From the NCBI RefSeq assembly GCF_036321535.1, contig NC_087447.1, positions 46,998,001 to 47,062,000 of the forward strand: DNA of 64,000 bases. The letters run 5' to 3'. The stretch comes from Camelus dromedarius (taxonomy: Eukaryota). Positions 12,375-27,990 of the stretch are shown here, piece by piece. Position 1 is the stretch's first letter, and every line of letters begins with the position of its first letter. The notes under the pieces are model-generated. The model was not told where the DNA came from, did not search any database, and was given only the letters and a program-made list of their open reading frames with translations. A program made the position numbers and the translations under genes.

Positions 12375-13002
12375 GTAACTTGTAGGTTATGCTATCAGAT
12401 GTGACAATACTCAAGTGTGCAAGTGTGGATAACTTGCTTTCATGAGGTTTTTGTTTCTTTTGTCAAAAGCATGAAAGTATAGTGAAAACACTCAAAAAAG
12501 TAAAGCATAGAAGAGTATGTGATCATTTGTGAACAAAAATGGGATATATGTGGCATAAATGCATAGAATTTCTCTGGCAGTATATCCAGGGAACTAGAAG
12601 TACTGGTAGCTTCATGTTTACACTTTTGTAAACATAAGTATAGTATCCATTACAAATAGCATTGTTTACATTGTTACTCATGTTATTCAAATTTACATAA
12701 ATGGTATCAAATCAGATCCATCACTCTATATCTTATTTTTCCATTCAATATTTTGTATATTTATATAAATATACATATAAATGTATATTACATTTCAATA
12801 AGGTATAAGTACATTCACATGGTTCAAAAATCAAAATAGCATAGAAAGCTTTACAGAGGAAAGTCTCATCCCTAAGCCAATGCCCTCTCTCTAAGCAACC
12901 ACTTAAAATGTTTTTTTGTACCATTCCAGACTTTCTTATGCAAACACATATTCTGCCTCCTCCTTTTTCACAAAAGATTGCATTGTACTGTCGCCCTTCT
13001 GC

Positions 13003-13499
13003 ATTTTTCTTCTTTTTTTCAATTGAAGTATAGTTGATGAACAATATTATATAAATTACAGGTGTACATTATAGCAATTCACAATTTTAAAAGGTTATAT
13101 TTCATTTATAGTTATTATAAAATACTGGCTATATTCCCTATGCTGTACAATATATCCTTGTAGCATATTTTATACATAATAGTTCATACTTTTAAATCCC
13201 CTACCCCTAGGTGCCCCTCCCCCGCTCCCTATCCCCACTGGTAACCACTAGTTTGTTCTCTGTATCTGTGAGTCTATTTCTTTTTTTGTTGTATTCACCA
13301 GTTTGTTTTATTTTTTAGATTTCACATACAAGTGATATCATACAGTATTTGTCGCTCTGTCTGAGTTATTTCTTAACATAATACCCTCCAAGTCCATTCA
13401 CATTGTTGCAAATGACAAAATTTCATTCTTTTTTATGTCTGAGTAGTATTTCATTGTTTCTTGTGCGTGTGTTTATGTATATATATGTGTGTATATTTT

Positions 13500-13542
<43 letters not shown>

Positions 13543-14456
13543 CCACAGCTTCTTTATCCATTCATCTGTTATGGACACTTAGGTTGCTTCTGCATCTTGG
13601 CAAGTAAATAATGCTGCTATGAACTTTGAGGTGGATGTATCTCTTTGAATTAGTGTTTTTGTTTTTGTTTCAGATATATATCCAGGAGTGGAATTGCTGG
13701 GTCATACGGTAGGTTTATTTTTAGTTTTTTGAGAAACTTCCATACAGCTTCCCACAATGGCTGCACCAATTTACATTGCCATCAACAGTGTATGAGGGCT
13801 CACTCTTCCCCACATCTTTGCCAACATTTGTTATTTGTGATCATTTTGATGATGGCCATTCTGACGTGTGTGGGGTGGTATCTTCTTGTGGTTTTGATCT
13901 GCATTTCCCTGATGATTAGTGATACTGAGCATCTTTTCATATGCCTGTTGGCCATCTGCATGTCTTCTTTGGAAATATGTTTATCCAGGTCTTCTGCCCA
14001 TTTTTTAATTGGCTTGTTTGCTTTTTTGATGTTGAGTTGTATGAGCTGTTTATATATTTTGTGTATTAACTCCTTATCAGTCCTATCATTTGCAAATTCC
14101 ATAGGTTGTCTTTTTGTTTTGCTTATGGTTTCCTTTGCTGTGCAAATCTTTTACGTTTAATTAGGTCCCATTTGTTTATTTTTGCTTTTATTTCTTTTGC
14201 TTTAGAAGACAGATCCAAAAAAATATTGCTGCAATTTATGTCAAAGAGTGTTTTGCCTATATTTTCTTTTAGGAGTTTTATGGTTTCTGGTCTTACATTT
14301 AGATCTTTAATCCATTTGACTATATTTTTTGTGTGTGGTGTTAGAGAATGTTCTAAGTTCATTCTTTTACAGGTAACTGTCCAGTTTTCCCAGTACCAAT
14401 TATTTCTCCATTGTTTACTCTTGCCTCCTTTGTTGTAGATTAATTGACCGTAAGTG
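13003..14456 (-). mobile_element. L1 3' portion (ORF2 C-terminus and 3'UTR), with an internal (CA)n at ~13505-13540
   Basis: ORFs 14123-14362 ([30 protein letters not shown]) and 13800-14102 ([35 protein letters not shown]) are L1 ORF2 C-terminal motifs. T-rich tail at 13003-13020. Confidence 0.92.
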
Positions 14457-15289
14457 TGTACATCTTTCTTCTTCCACTAAACAATATATTCGGAGACTTT
14501 TCCATATTCATACACCAAGAGCTTTCTCATTCTTTTCACCAGGTTAAATCTCATTGGGTGTATGTACCATAATTTATTTAACTGGCCCCTAAATGAAAGA
14601 CAAATGAACTGTTTTCTAGATAAAGCTTCCGCCTTCCTTGACAGAGGAACTAACTAACTAACTGCTGATCAGGCAGTTAGGATGGACTTATAAAAGAGTG
14701 TAGGGAGGTAGGGAGACACTCTACCATCCCTTGGGCTGAGGACAGAGCTAAGGGCAGGACAGAGAGGCAAGGTGGGGGCTCCCCTGGTCTCCTGGGAGGC
14801 TGGTTTCTCTGCTGACTTCTCCTCTGGTGCCCCTACCACTCACTGTTCTGGCTCAGTTACTCCTCCACAGTCCCCTTACCTGTTGGCCTTCCCCTGACTC
14901 TGCCTGGGGAAATTCCCAAGACCCTTCTGTGGGGGTTTGGGGAAGATTGTTGAGGTGTTAGGACTTGGGGTCTGGCTCTCTGGGTCAGCACTCTCACTAG
15001 CTTTCCATATTGCCCACTCCCTACTCCCAGCTCCCCTGACAAGAGGTCCAGGGCCATGAGCAAGAACTGAATGGCTCAGTGGCCTTCACCTGGCCCCAGC
15101 GTCAGCTTCCCTATCTGCCCCACTGGCAATCTCTGGGCGTCTAAACCTAGGCTGCTCTGGGCTAGTGGGGATGGGCTGAGGAAGCAGAAGCAGAGGTTGG
15201 CTGGTGTGCCCCCTCCCTCCCCAACCCCATCAGCAGATCATGCCCTGTGGTTCCTCTTATGCAGGACCCTCTGATTAGGGGTGAAATAC

Positions 15290-15448
15290 TAGCTGGCAAA
15301 ACCCGGAAGGGGAGGTCCAGGGAGGTGTGGTGACTACCTTCATGTCAGAGGCAAGCTAGTGTTAAAGCGTTCTCGGTAGGAGACAGATTCCTGCCTTCTG
15401 CCCAGACCTCTCCAGGCCCCTCATTGCTTGGCTCAGCTGTGCTGTGGG
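15290..15448 (+). promoter_or_regulatory. Putative promoter and non-coding first exon of the FOLR3-like gene
   Basis: Ets motif CCGGAAG (~15303) next to GGGAGG boxes. Candidate donor GGG|GTAAAC at 15449 and acceptor ctgacAG at 15531-15532, just upstream of the ATG. Confidence 0.45.
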
Positions 15449-15529
15449 GTAAACTGGGTGGCGAGGGCAGAAGATCTGGGCTTGGGAGGGAGACAGGAAA
15501 TCTGGCCAAGTCTTATGGTGGCTTTCTGA

Positions 15530-18724
<3,195 letters not shown>

Positions 18725-19821
18725 GATGTTCCCATTGCTGATACCTGGACACCTTCCTTGCCTGCACCCAACCTGGGTGACCTCAGCTCAGCTTGGCTCA
18801 ACTCTTTCAGATGAGGAAGACTCATAATACCCTGATCATTGGTTCCTGATCCTATGGGGATCCTCTAACAGCCTATACTAATAGACAGATCCATGTGTGT
18901 CCTGTGTCTTTTAAATAATTTGGGGATGAGTAGGTTGGAGGGGGGACCTGCGTCATTGCATAATCACTGCTACTGAGAGGCCCAAAGAGGGACTGGGACC
19001 AGCTTGAAGTTCACCAGCAAGTAGAGAACGGAAGTTGATCCTTTAGCCTGGGGCTCTTGCTTCTGCACCAGCCTTTTTCCTTATGCCCCCTCCTATACCA
19101 CAAGGGGACAAGCAGATTGGTAGAGGGAAGCTGGGGAGAGATTGGAAGATGAGTTACCAGGCTCCTGAAGGCAAAGAAAGTTTCTTTCTCTTTCCTTCCC
19201 TTACTAGACGTGGGCTAGGATGGAGATATTGGTGAGAGGATCCTAGTGGGGAACATTTGTATTGTCTCCATTTTTTAAAGTGACAAATAATTCTGCAGTG
19301 AATAATCTTGTATGTAGTAGAATGCTATGGCATTGAAATCCAGAAGAGGGACTGCTGGGTTAAGGAGTATATGGATTTATCATTTTGATAGTTACAACTT
19401 TATAGGGGGTGTATCAATGTGGCCCCCACCAGAAATGTCTGAGTGCCTGTTTCCCCATCGTCTGGTCAACATAGCATGGTCATACTTTTGATTTTCTGCT
19501 AGGCTGATTTTCTGCTAAACGGATAGGTGAGAAAGAGGACAGCATCTCAGTGTAGTTTTCACTTGCCATGTTTCTTTTCATGAGAACACAGTTTCCGTGA
19601 TCTTTCCATATTGAAGTACAGAGACCTAGTTCATTCTTTCTTCATTGTTGGGCAATATTCCATTCTATGTACATTTAATTCAGTCACCTACTGATAGATA
19701 TTTAAGGAAAGAGGGTTCTTTTATGGCCTCAACATTTTTGAAGAGCACAGGCCAGTTATTTTGTAGAATAACTCTCATTTTCGGTTTATCTGTTTCCTCA
19801 TCAGATTGCGATTCTGCATTT

Positions 19822-19957
19822 AAATTTTTTTTTAACTTTGGGGGGAAGGTAATTAGGCTTTTATTTATTTATTTTAATGGAGGCACTGAGGATTAAACCC
19901 AGGACCTTATGCATGCTAAGCACATGCTCCACCACTGAACTATACCTTCCTCCCCGA
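19822..19957 (-). mobile_element. Vic-1-like SINE
   Basis: ggaggcactgaggattaaacccaggacc..gcacatgctccaccactgaactataccttcctcccc. TSD gattctgcattt on both sides. Confidence 0.85.
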
Positions 19958-22900
19958 GATTCTGCATTTTTGACAGGAATAGCCCCAAAGCAATATGTTG
20001 TCCTCTTGATGCATCATGATGAGGGGTACCTGGTGCTGGGTTTGCCCATTCCTGATGATTTAACTTACCTTTTGGTTGAGATTGGGTCTGCCATGTTTCT
20101 CCATCACTTCCCCCTACCCCTTTGTAATGAATAAGCATGCTGTAGGGAGATACTTTGAGAACTGCAGATATCCTATTCACCATCAAACTTTCAGCTTGGA
20201 GTTTCGCTATCTGATGGACATTTTTTGAAAAGGAAAAACAAACACCAAAATGTCTTATTATGTGACAGTCCCTCATCAACCCTTTAATGTTTTTCCATGG
20301 TATCTGCTGGAAAAACCAAGCTTCTTCAGTGGCAGGGAACCTCCCTCTCCCACTTAGATATTATGTCAAATAATACCCCCTTCCCACCCCCATATATGAG
20401 CTCCATTCACACTTTTAACTTTGGGCTTTTATACCAACAATTCCCTCTCTGTGTTCCTGGAATGTTCTTTTATATTCTGAAGGCTGGCTCCTTTTAGCCA
20501 CTTAGATTTCAACCTACAATTAATTCCCTGCTATAATGACTCCTGACCACCCAACCAAAAGAAGTCACCCAGGCACTTTCTTATCATATCCCTCTAGTCC
20601 TTCTGTACAGATACTTAACTACTGTATTTACTGTCTAGCTTTTCCCTAACAAAACATACACACCTGAAAGCAGGGGCCATGTCTATGTTTTTTTGTGCCA
20701 GATCCCCTGGGCCTGGGTCAGTACCTGGCACAGATGAGGTGCTCAGGAAGTTAAGGAATCCATGCACCATTCTGTCAGTCAACAGATGCCTTCTGAGCAC
20801 CCAATCTGCTGGTATAGACCAACTGGAAGGAAACTGAGTACCCTGCGCTGTCCCGTGAGGGCACACAGACCTGAGAACTAATAATTCTTAGAACAGTGAG
20901 CTCAGGGTTTGCTACAGGGAAGCACAGTGTAGTTCTGTGGAAGTCCATAAGTTTTGGGAAGGCTTCCAGAGCATAATGGATGCCAAGCAGACTAGGTGGG
21001 AGGAACGGCATTCTATGGAGAGGGTTCAGTAAGTGCAAAGACTTGGAGGTAACAGAAGTGTACGCAGAGCTTCTAGTGGCTAAGATAGAAGTTAAGAGGG
21101 CAAGGGCAGGAAATGAGGCCAGAGAGGGAATACTGCTTAGACTGATGACCGAGGCCCCCTAACAGTGCTCTCTTTTCTTTGTGAAATAAGACAGGCTTGA
21201 AATCAGACTCAGCTCTGAATCCTAGTTCCTCTTTGCTGCCTAGGAATGGCAATGTGAGGATGAATGATAAGCAATTGCATATACCATGGGTTGGCACTCA
21301 GGAAAAGCCCCAGCTTCTCTCACCCCCACTCCCTGCAGCCCAGAGTCCCGACCCATGCAGGGCCAAAGACCTTCCTGTTACCTTTGGTCACAGGGCAGAT
21401 TTCAGATTGTGGTTCACAACGATGCCAATGGCTAACCTGACTGGTATTAAGCTTGCAGTCCTGGCAGATACTCTCAGATCAGCTCCATGGTGAATGCTTG
21501 ACTCTACTGGCTAGACAGTCTGAGCACCAAAGCCTCAGATTCAGAGCCCGGCATGAGGCTCACCAATGGCAGGGACTTCTCATCGATCAGAATTCCACCT
21601 CTAATTCCCTTGCTGATCACTTCTTCTGAAGCCCTGAGGTCCCAGGGGCTTGACTCAGGGGCCAAATACCACTCCTGCAGTGAGGGGAAGAGGCTAAAAA
21701 GTCCAGTTTATGATCAGCCCCTGACGCAAGAGTGGAGGATGGGGGACAGGGGCAAGTTCCATCTTGAGGAACATCTAGAGGAATGCTCTTGGGCATTCCT
21801 AGACACCTGGTCATTCTTCTCCAATCAGGAGAAGGCTGAGCTGGGCTTGTAAAGAGAGGAGGGAGGTCTGGGGGTTGCAGCAGCCCTCCACCTGCTCAGG
21901 TCTTCAGAGGGCTTAACCTGCCCAGATTGTTACAGGATTCAGGTAAGGCTCACTTTGAGGGAGAGGGAAATAGGGCAGGAGCTGGGAGTCTCCTGGGAGT
22001 CAATTCCTTTATAGGCCCTTTAGAGCGTTCCTTCTTGGCTGATTCTCCCCCAGTGATCTAGCTGCCTCCTCTGGTTCCTGGTCATCCTCCTGCTCCATGG
22101 GCCCTTGTGGAGCCTGCTGGCACTCTCTGGAGTCATAAACTCCCACACCTGGGCTCTCTATGTGCTTGGAGCCTACTGACACCTTAACCCTGACTCCCCA
22201 CTGCAGGACCCTTTGCATACCTGCATTTCTGCAAGATATAAAATATCTTGATGTGTTTACTCTAACAAAACTCATCACCCCAGGAGACAGCCCCACAATA
22301 CCCTAGGTGGATAGGCCTCACACCCTGCCCTTATAAAAGTCATAAAACCTATTGTTTAACCTATTGTTCAGAGAAGTCCCTGATAGATCTTACAGCCAAT
22401 CAGGTACCTGTGCATGAATTGATCACACAGCCCCTACTCCTTGTGTGCACAGCCCCCTCCCCCAATAAAAGACCCTGCATGCCCACCCCCGGTGCTCTTG
22501 CCTGTGTGACCTGCTGTTGCCTATAGCAGCATACCTATTAAACTTTCCTGAACTTTTATTGGTCTCTGGTAATTCTTTACCAACACACGTGTCACTGTCA
22601 CCATGTTGTGTCCCCACAACATTTGGTGGCCCGTATGTGGCTTCCCTCTTCCAACTCTGCTTTCCTTTCCTTGCTCATACTTTCCTGCTGCTCCCTAGCA
22701 TTCAGGAATTCCCTAATCTTGCCGAGGATTGGGGAACCCTGGCTGAGCTACTCCCAGTGGGCTCTGAAACTCTGACAGAGGAGAATGACCCTTGGCTATC
22801 TGGTGGATGCACATAGGAAAAGTGCCTTTTCTTTTCTAATACCTCTACCATGTATCCAGTCCCTGAGTCAGAGGGAATTCTGCATCTCGTCAGGGAAGGC

Positions 22901-23739
22901 CCACATAAGGACTGATAATCCCCTGCCTTGAGACACCCAGATCCCTGTTTCCTGGTTGGCCCCAGACGAATAATAGAGTCAGATGGGTTCAGCGGGTAAA
23001 AGCGTTGAAAAGCCCTACCCACAAGCAGTACACTCCTACCCGATACACACTCTCCTCTTCTCGCTCACTGTGGCCTCAATTTCTAAGCCTGCCAGGTGCT
23101 CTTCCCCCGCCCCTCCCTCCCACACTGCCTCTGTGACCAGGACTGAGCCTCCCGGACTGAGCCTCCGATCGCCGCGCCAGATACAAATCTTTGGCGGGTG
23201 AGTTCCTTAAAGACCCCCTTCTTTATTTTTCGGCCCCTTGTGTCGCCTTTTCAGCCCTTGCGCGGGTACATCCATTGCGCCGGTACAGCCATTGTGTCGT
23301 TAGTAACCTTTTTGCTGAGACAGCTTCCCTTTCTCAGGGGACGCCCTGAGTCAGGGAATGCTGGAAATTTGGTCATTCTCTTTCGGGGGTGCGGGGTTGG
23401 GGGGACGACAACCCCTGGAGTAGAGTCTGACTGCCCCTTGTGGCCGTTTTCCGATTGCTCCCTTGCAAGCCGTGTTTCCCTTGGTGGGTTTTTTGCCCCT
23501 ACGGGGGTGGTATATAATCACCCCAAACGGGCGCTTTCTTCCTCTCCTTATCCCCTTAATTTCGCTCCCCTATTCCCCGGGACTCACCCCTGGGTTGTAT
23601 TTTTTAAAAACTGGCGTAAATTCAATCCCCAGTCATTAAAAAAAAAAAAAAGCAGTTTGTCTTTTTCTGTAACACCACGTGGCCACAATACCAACTCCCA
23701 GATCAGAAGGCTAGACCATTTAATGAAACTCTGCCTTTA

Positions 23740-26611
23740 TGGCTCTCAAAATTTAGGGTTTGTACTGATCAGTCTGTGACTGACGTGCATGTGTGTATTT
23801 TATACTTTGTGTTCTGTCTCATGACTTGTGATTGTCATTCTGTCTTGGGAAGTGGGAAATTCTGATTCTGTTCCCGCATGGAGCCCCTGCGACAAATTCT
23901 AACTGGGCCTTTAAATGCAAATACAGTCCGCTATGCCTGGGACTTCAGCCTTGGGTTAATCAGCAAAACCTCAAACCAAAGAAAAAAATGGTAAAAAGCC
24001 CTTTAAACTCAAGCAGGAAAACTAGGAGATCTCGTTCTATCTGAGTGTATGTATATTCATACACATTATCCATATGTGATGTCTCTACCTTTAAAATTGT
24101 TATCAAAATTAAATTCATCAAAGAGCTCTGTTTAATTGACTTAAAACTAAGCGCTTACAAACTAAATATTTCTAAAAAGCTAAACAAAGTAACGTTCAGG
24201 TTCACATGAACTCGGAAATATTCAGTATTAAATTAATACCTGGTATTAAAGTTAAAAAAAGTTTGCTAATTTAATTAATATCTACATGTCTTGAAAGTCA
24301 TCAGAGTTAAGCATACTTCTGTTGTACCTAGGCTTAATAAAAGTCAAATAAGATCTTGTATTATCTGTTACAAATTTTTCAACAAAAAATAACTTGGCAT
24401 AATAAAATTATTATAATTAAATTAAATACAAATGAGATAAGATACTAAAACACGAACTACTAAACGTTGGCTTCCCTTATAGAGAAACAAAAGATACTTA
24501 CAACTATTAATGAATATGTTTGGTGCCACCCTGAAACGTTCTCTATAAAAAAAGCACATGGTTTTTAAAATTATTGGTATTTATTTTTGCTCATCTTTAA
24601 AATGCTAATGTAGGACAATTCATAATTACCTAGTTTTCACTAGAAATTATGGCTTTCAAGGGTTAAAGTTACATAAAATTTAAAAAATGGAAGTTTTCTT
24701 AAATGTTAATTTAATTTAACAGATTGTAAATGTTTTCTTTTTTTGCCTCTTAAGTAATCTGTTCAGTATTTGCCTTTAAAATATTTTGTTATTTTGGTTT
24801 AGTAAATAAGTATTGTTTCATGGTGACCTATAATTTTATCTGACCAGGTATTTAAAAACTTTTAACAAACTCCCCAAGTATCAAATTATAATAAAGTTCT
24901 TTTGACCCATCCTAACCTTGGGATGCTTCAGAGGGCCCCTGAAATATTCCAAAGAAAACAGTAAGCTAATTAGGTTCATTTGATATGTTAAATTACATAG
25001 GAAGTACTGTCAACTATATAATAAATCTTCTTAGGTTAAAATGTATGGAAAAATCATATAAAATTACTAAAAGTCTGGTATATATAAATGTTCCTAGTCA
25101 TAATTCTGGTTATTTAATGAGGTTTCTTTATTAACTACCATGTAGCCAGGTTTAACCATGCTTCAAGTCCTATGTCATTCATAAACAGTTGTGTTTTTAC
25201 TGTGATGCTTTTAAAAAATGTTTTCTCTTTAAAGAGTTTTTCAAAACAAAGACTTATTTGACAAGTACAGGTTTCCGATAACTTTTAAATCATACTGCTA
25301 AACTGGGTAAAAATATAAAAGTCTGATTAAAAACTCTGATTACATAAAACTTAACGAAAAGGATTAATTACATGGGACTTACTAAACTGATAAATGGTTA
25401 TAATTTTTATGATCTAAAAAAATTTGTATGGTTATAATTTTGGTTTTGTCAATCAATTAGTCTTAATATGATTATATTTGATAAAATGGGGGCTATTATA
25501 GAGAAAGAGATGTTTTAGTGGACATTAAACTCTATAGTTTTGTTAATTGAGGTCTATATTTACTAAGACTTCACTTCCCAGACATTCCTTGCCCTTAGGT
25601 TATAAGGAAGGGGGCAAGGCACAGCCAACAAAAAGCTGGCCTACCTCTGGGGTTTGTTACAAAGTTTAATTAAACTATTAAAAAAAAAAAACACTCTAGA
25701 TTTCTTTCTGAAGCTCAGTAATCTAAACGTATTTCATGATCTTATACAGAGTTAAAGTTAATCCAATTGTTAGGTTTATGGTCAACTATCCTGTACTTCT
25801 GGATTATCTTGGTGGATTTCTTCACTCTAAGGGTCAAATTGGTAGGCCTTTAGGAAATTTATTCTAGAGAAATTATAGTTCTGTTCAGGCCCCTAGTGAT
25901 ATTACTAGGTGGGATTCCCTCACCTGGCCAATTAATACCTGCTCTAATCCTGGCCATAAATACGAATTTTCTTCTAAAGTTACTCAAGCTCAATTAGAGC
26001 AGTAAGTCACAATTTAAAGCAGTTAACCAGATACATAGTTCCATAGGAGAGTTGTAATTATAACAGTGTAACTCTAGATATGGGAAGAAGCAAGAAGAGG
26101 GAATATTTTCCTGGACCACAACAGACTAGCAAGACAGGTGGTCCAGAGACATTTTGTTACTGTTAATAAGGCCTAGTCCCCTAATAGCACATCGAGTGCC
26201 TACCAATGAAATCCTTGCCTGACACAGGAATGAGCATTCCTATCACCACGGGACAAAATGGTCATAAAATGCCTCCCAAGCCATGGTCAAAACTTGTGAT
26301 CATGGGGGGACCTGCCAACTAAAATTGGCACTTACTATCTGCCTCTATAAGGATTAAGTCACAAGCCACTGCAGTCACTGACTGTCAGTGTACCCTGGAA
26401 GGAGCTCAGGGTGGAAATAAAAAATGAGGCACTCTGTATTCTGGGAAAAACTGGCAAAACAGGCCTTCAGATAGATGTTTCCAAGAAAAGATTACATGAG
26501 CCCAAATGCTTGCATCTCCTCATATCTAGAAAAAGCACTAAAATCATTAACAGTGACATCTACTTTGACTATTAAGAAAAACTATCTTACAAAACCACAT
26601 CTCTTAACATC
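23740..26611 (+). mobile_element. Nested ERV1-type internal sequence ending in a PPT and partial LTR (LTR from ~26312)
   Basis: AT-rich non-coding internal region. ggggggacc is followed by tgccaactaaa, the same LTR start as the solo LTR at 31485. Left boundary approximate. Confidence 0.6.
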
Positions 26612-27098
26612 TTAACAGCCTAAAAGTTGAGAGCTATGTCTTATTCGGTGGACATATCTGAGGACTCAAACCCCTTCGAGCCCGGGATGACAGCCTCTCA
26701 GATCACTCTGAGGGACTGCTCCAAAGAGGTAGGGGAGGAGCCAGGATATATAGGAGTTTTACAACAAAGACCAGGTAGTTGGAACATTAAAAAATTACTG
26801 TTACAGAAAACTAGACATCTCAAGTTACAGAATTTAGTGCTTTTCTATGTATGGGAAGGAGCAAATGTCTGGGCTTATTGAAATCATTCCTTTGACAAGC
26901 ACCTAGCTATCTGGGGCCAGTATCCTGTCCTTTCACGTTCTGAGTCCCCTGAGAGTGCATCACTGTGGGTGGCTGCAGAGGCCAGGCTGCCTGCTTGTCT
27001 GCACCCTGAGCTCATGGGGGGTGGCGGCAGCAGCTGATGACTTGATGGCTTCAGCTTTCTTTGTTTACTGATATGGCTTGCAGTATTTTTTGTTCACA
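26612..27098 (-). mobile_element. Solo LTR nested in the provirus (antisense)
   Basis: 4-bp TSD catc at 26608-26611 and 27099-27102. Reverse complement shares motifs with 31485-31943 (atagaaaagca, aataagaca). Confidence 0.7.
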
Positions 27099-27359
27099 CA
27101 TCCTTACAGCCTCCCAAGGAGACACATGCAGTTATATGTACTGAGTACTATACTTAAGTATTAGTTAGGTATGTCAATGCTTACAGCAAAAAGGTTAACA
27201 AACAGGTTTCTAACTGGTTCTCTAATATTTTTCCTTTTTTCTTGGATTCCAGAGGAAATAAGGTCCTTTTTCACAATCATTAAAAAATTTCTCCTCTCTG
27301 TCTTTTTGTTGGGATTGTCTATTTAACTTGGTATACGTTTATTTTATGTTGTATCCTTA

Positions 27360-27990
27360 TGATGCAGGAAAAATGGTTGTGGGGCGTGAGGAGGGCCATG
27401 TCTCAGGTCTCAGCTGAGTTCCTGGGACATGTGTGGCCAAGTGTGGGTCCTTGGCTTCGTGCAGGAAAGAATTCAAGAGCGAGCTGCAGTTGAGTAAAGG
27501 TAGATTTATTTAGAGAGATACATACTGCATAGAGTGTAAAGCAAGAGAAAGGCCACAAAGTGTGGGGGTTGAGAGCTCAGGTTAAAGTAAATAGGTACAC
27601 ACTCCAGGGAGAGTGCAGGCTGTCTCCGAAGACAGGAAGACAGGAGTAGTGTTGCCAGTTTTTATGGGCTCAGTAGCTTCACATGCCTACAAGTGGGAGG
27701 ACTATTCCAACCACCCTGGGGAAGGGGCTGGGATTCCCAGGAACTGGGCCACCACCCACTCTTTGACCTTTCGTGGCTAGCCTTGGGACTGTCATGGTGC
27801 CTGTGGGCATGTTATTTATCATGCTAATATGTTACAATGAGCACATAATGAAGCTAAAGTTCTACTAGAAGTCAAACCTCCTGTCGTCACAATCCTCAAA
27901 GCCTAGTGGGAGTTGAATCTTCCACCATTTTGGTGTTAATTGCTGTCATTCCTTGAATGGTTGTGTCCTGCCCCCTTCCCTCCTGTCTCA
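27360..27990 (-). mobile_element. Solo LTR nested in the provirus (antisense)
   Basis: TG..CA ends, 4-bp TSD ctta at 27356-27359 and 27991-27994, antisense AATAAA at ~27505. Confidence 0.85.

Noticed and set aside
20885..20893. STAT5-type TTCTTAGAA (also TTCCTAGAA at 33421) as a lactation enhancer
   Set aside because: A few such 9-mers are expected by chance in 64 kb; no conservation or chromatin evidence available.
23198..23779. 193-aa ORF as an intact retroviral gene
   Set aside because: Only a short stretch (KNWRKFNPQSLKKK) is in the gag frame. The rest is leader sequence, and gag is frameshifted and interrupted.
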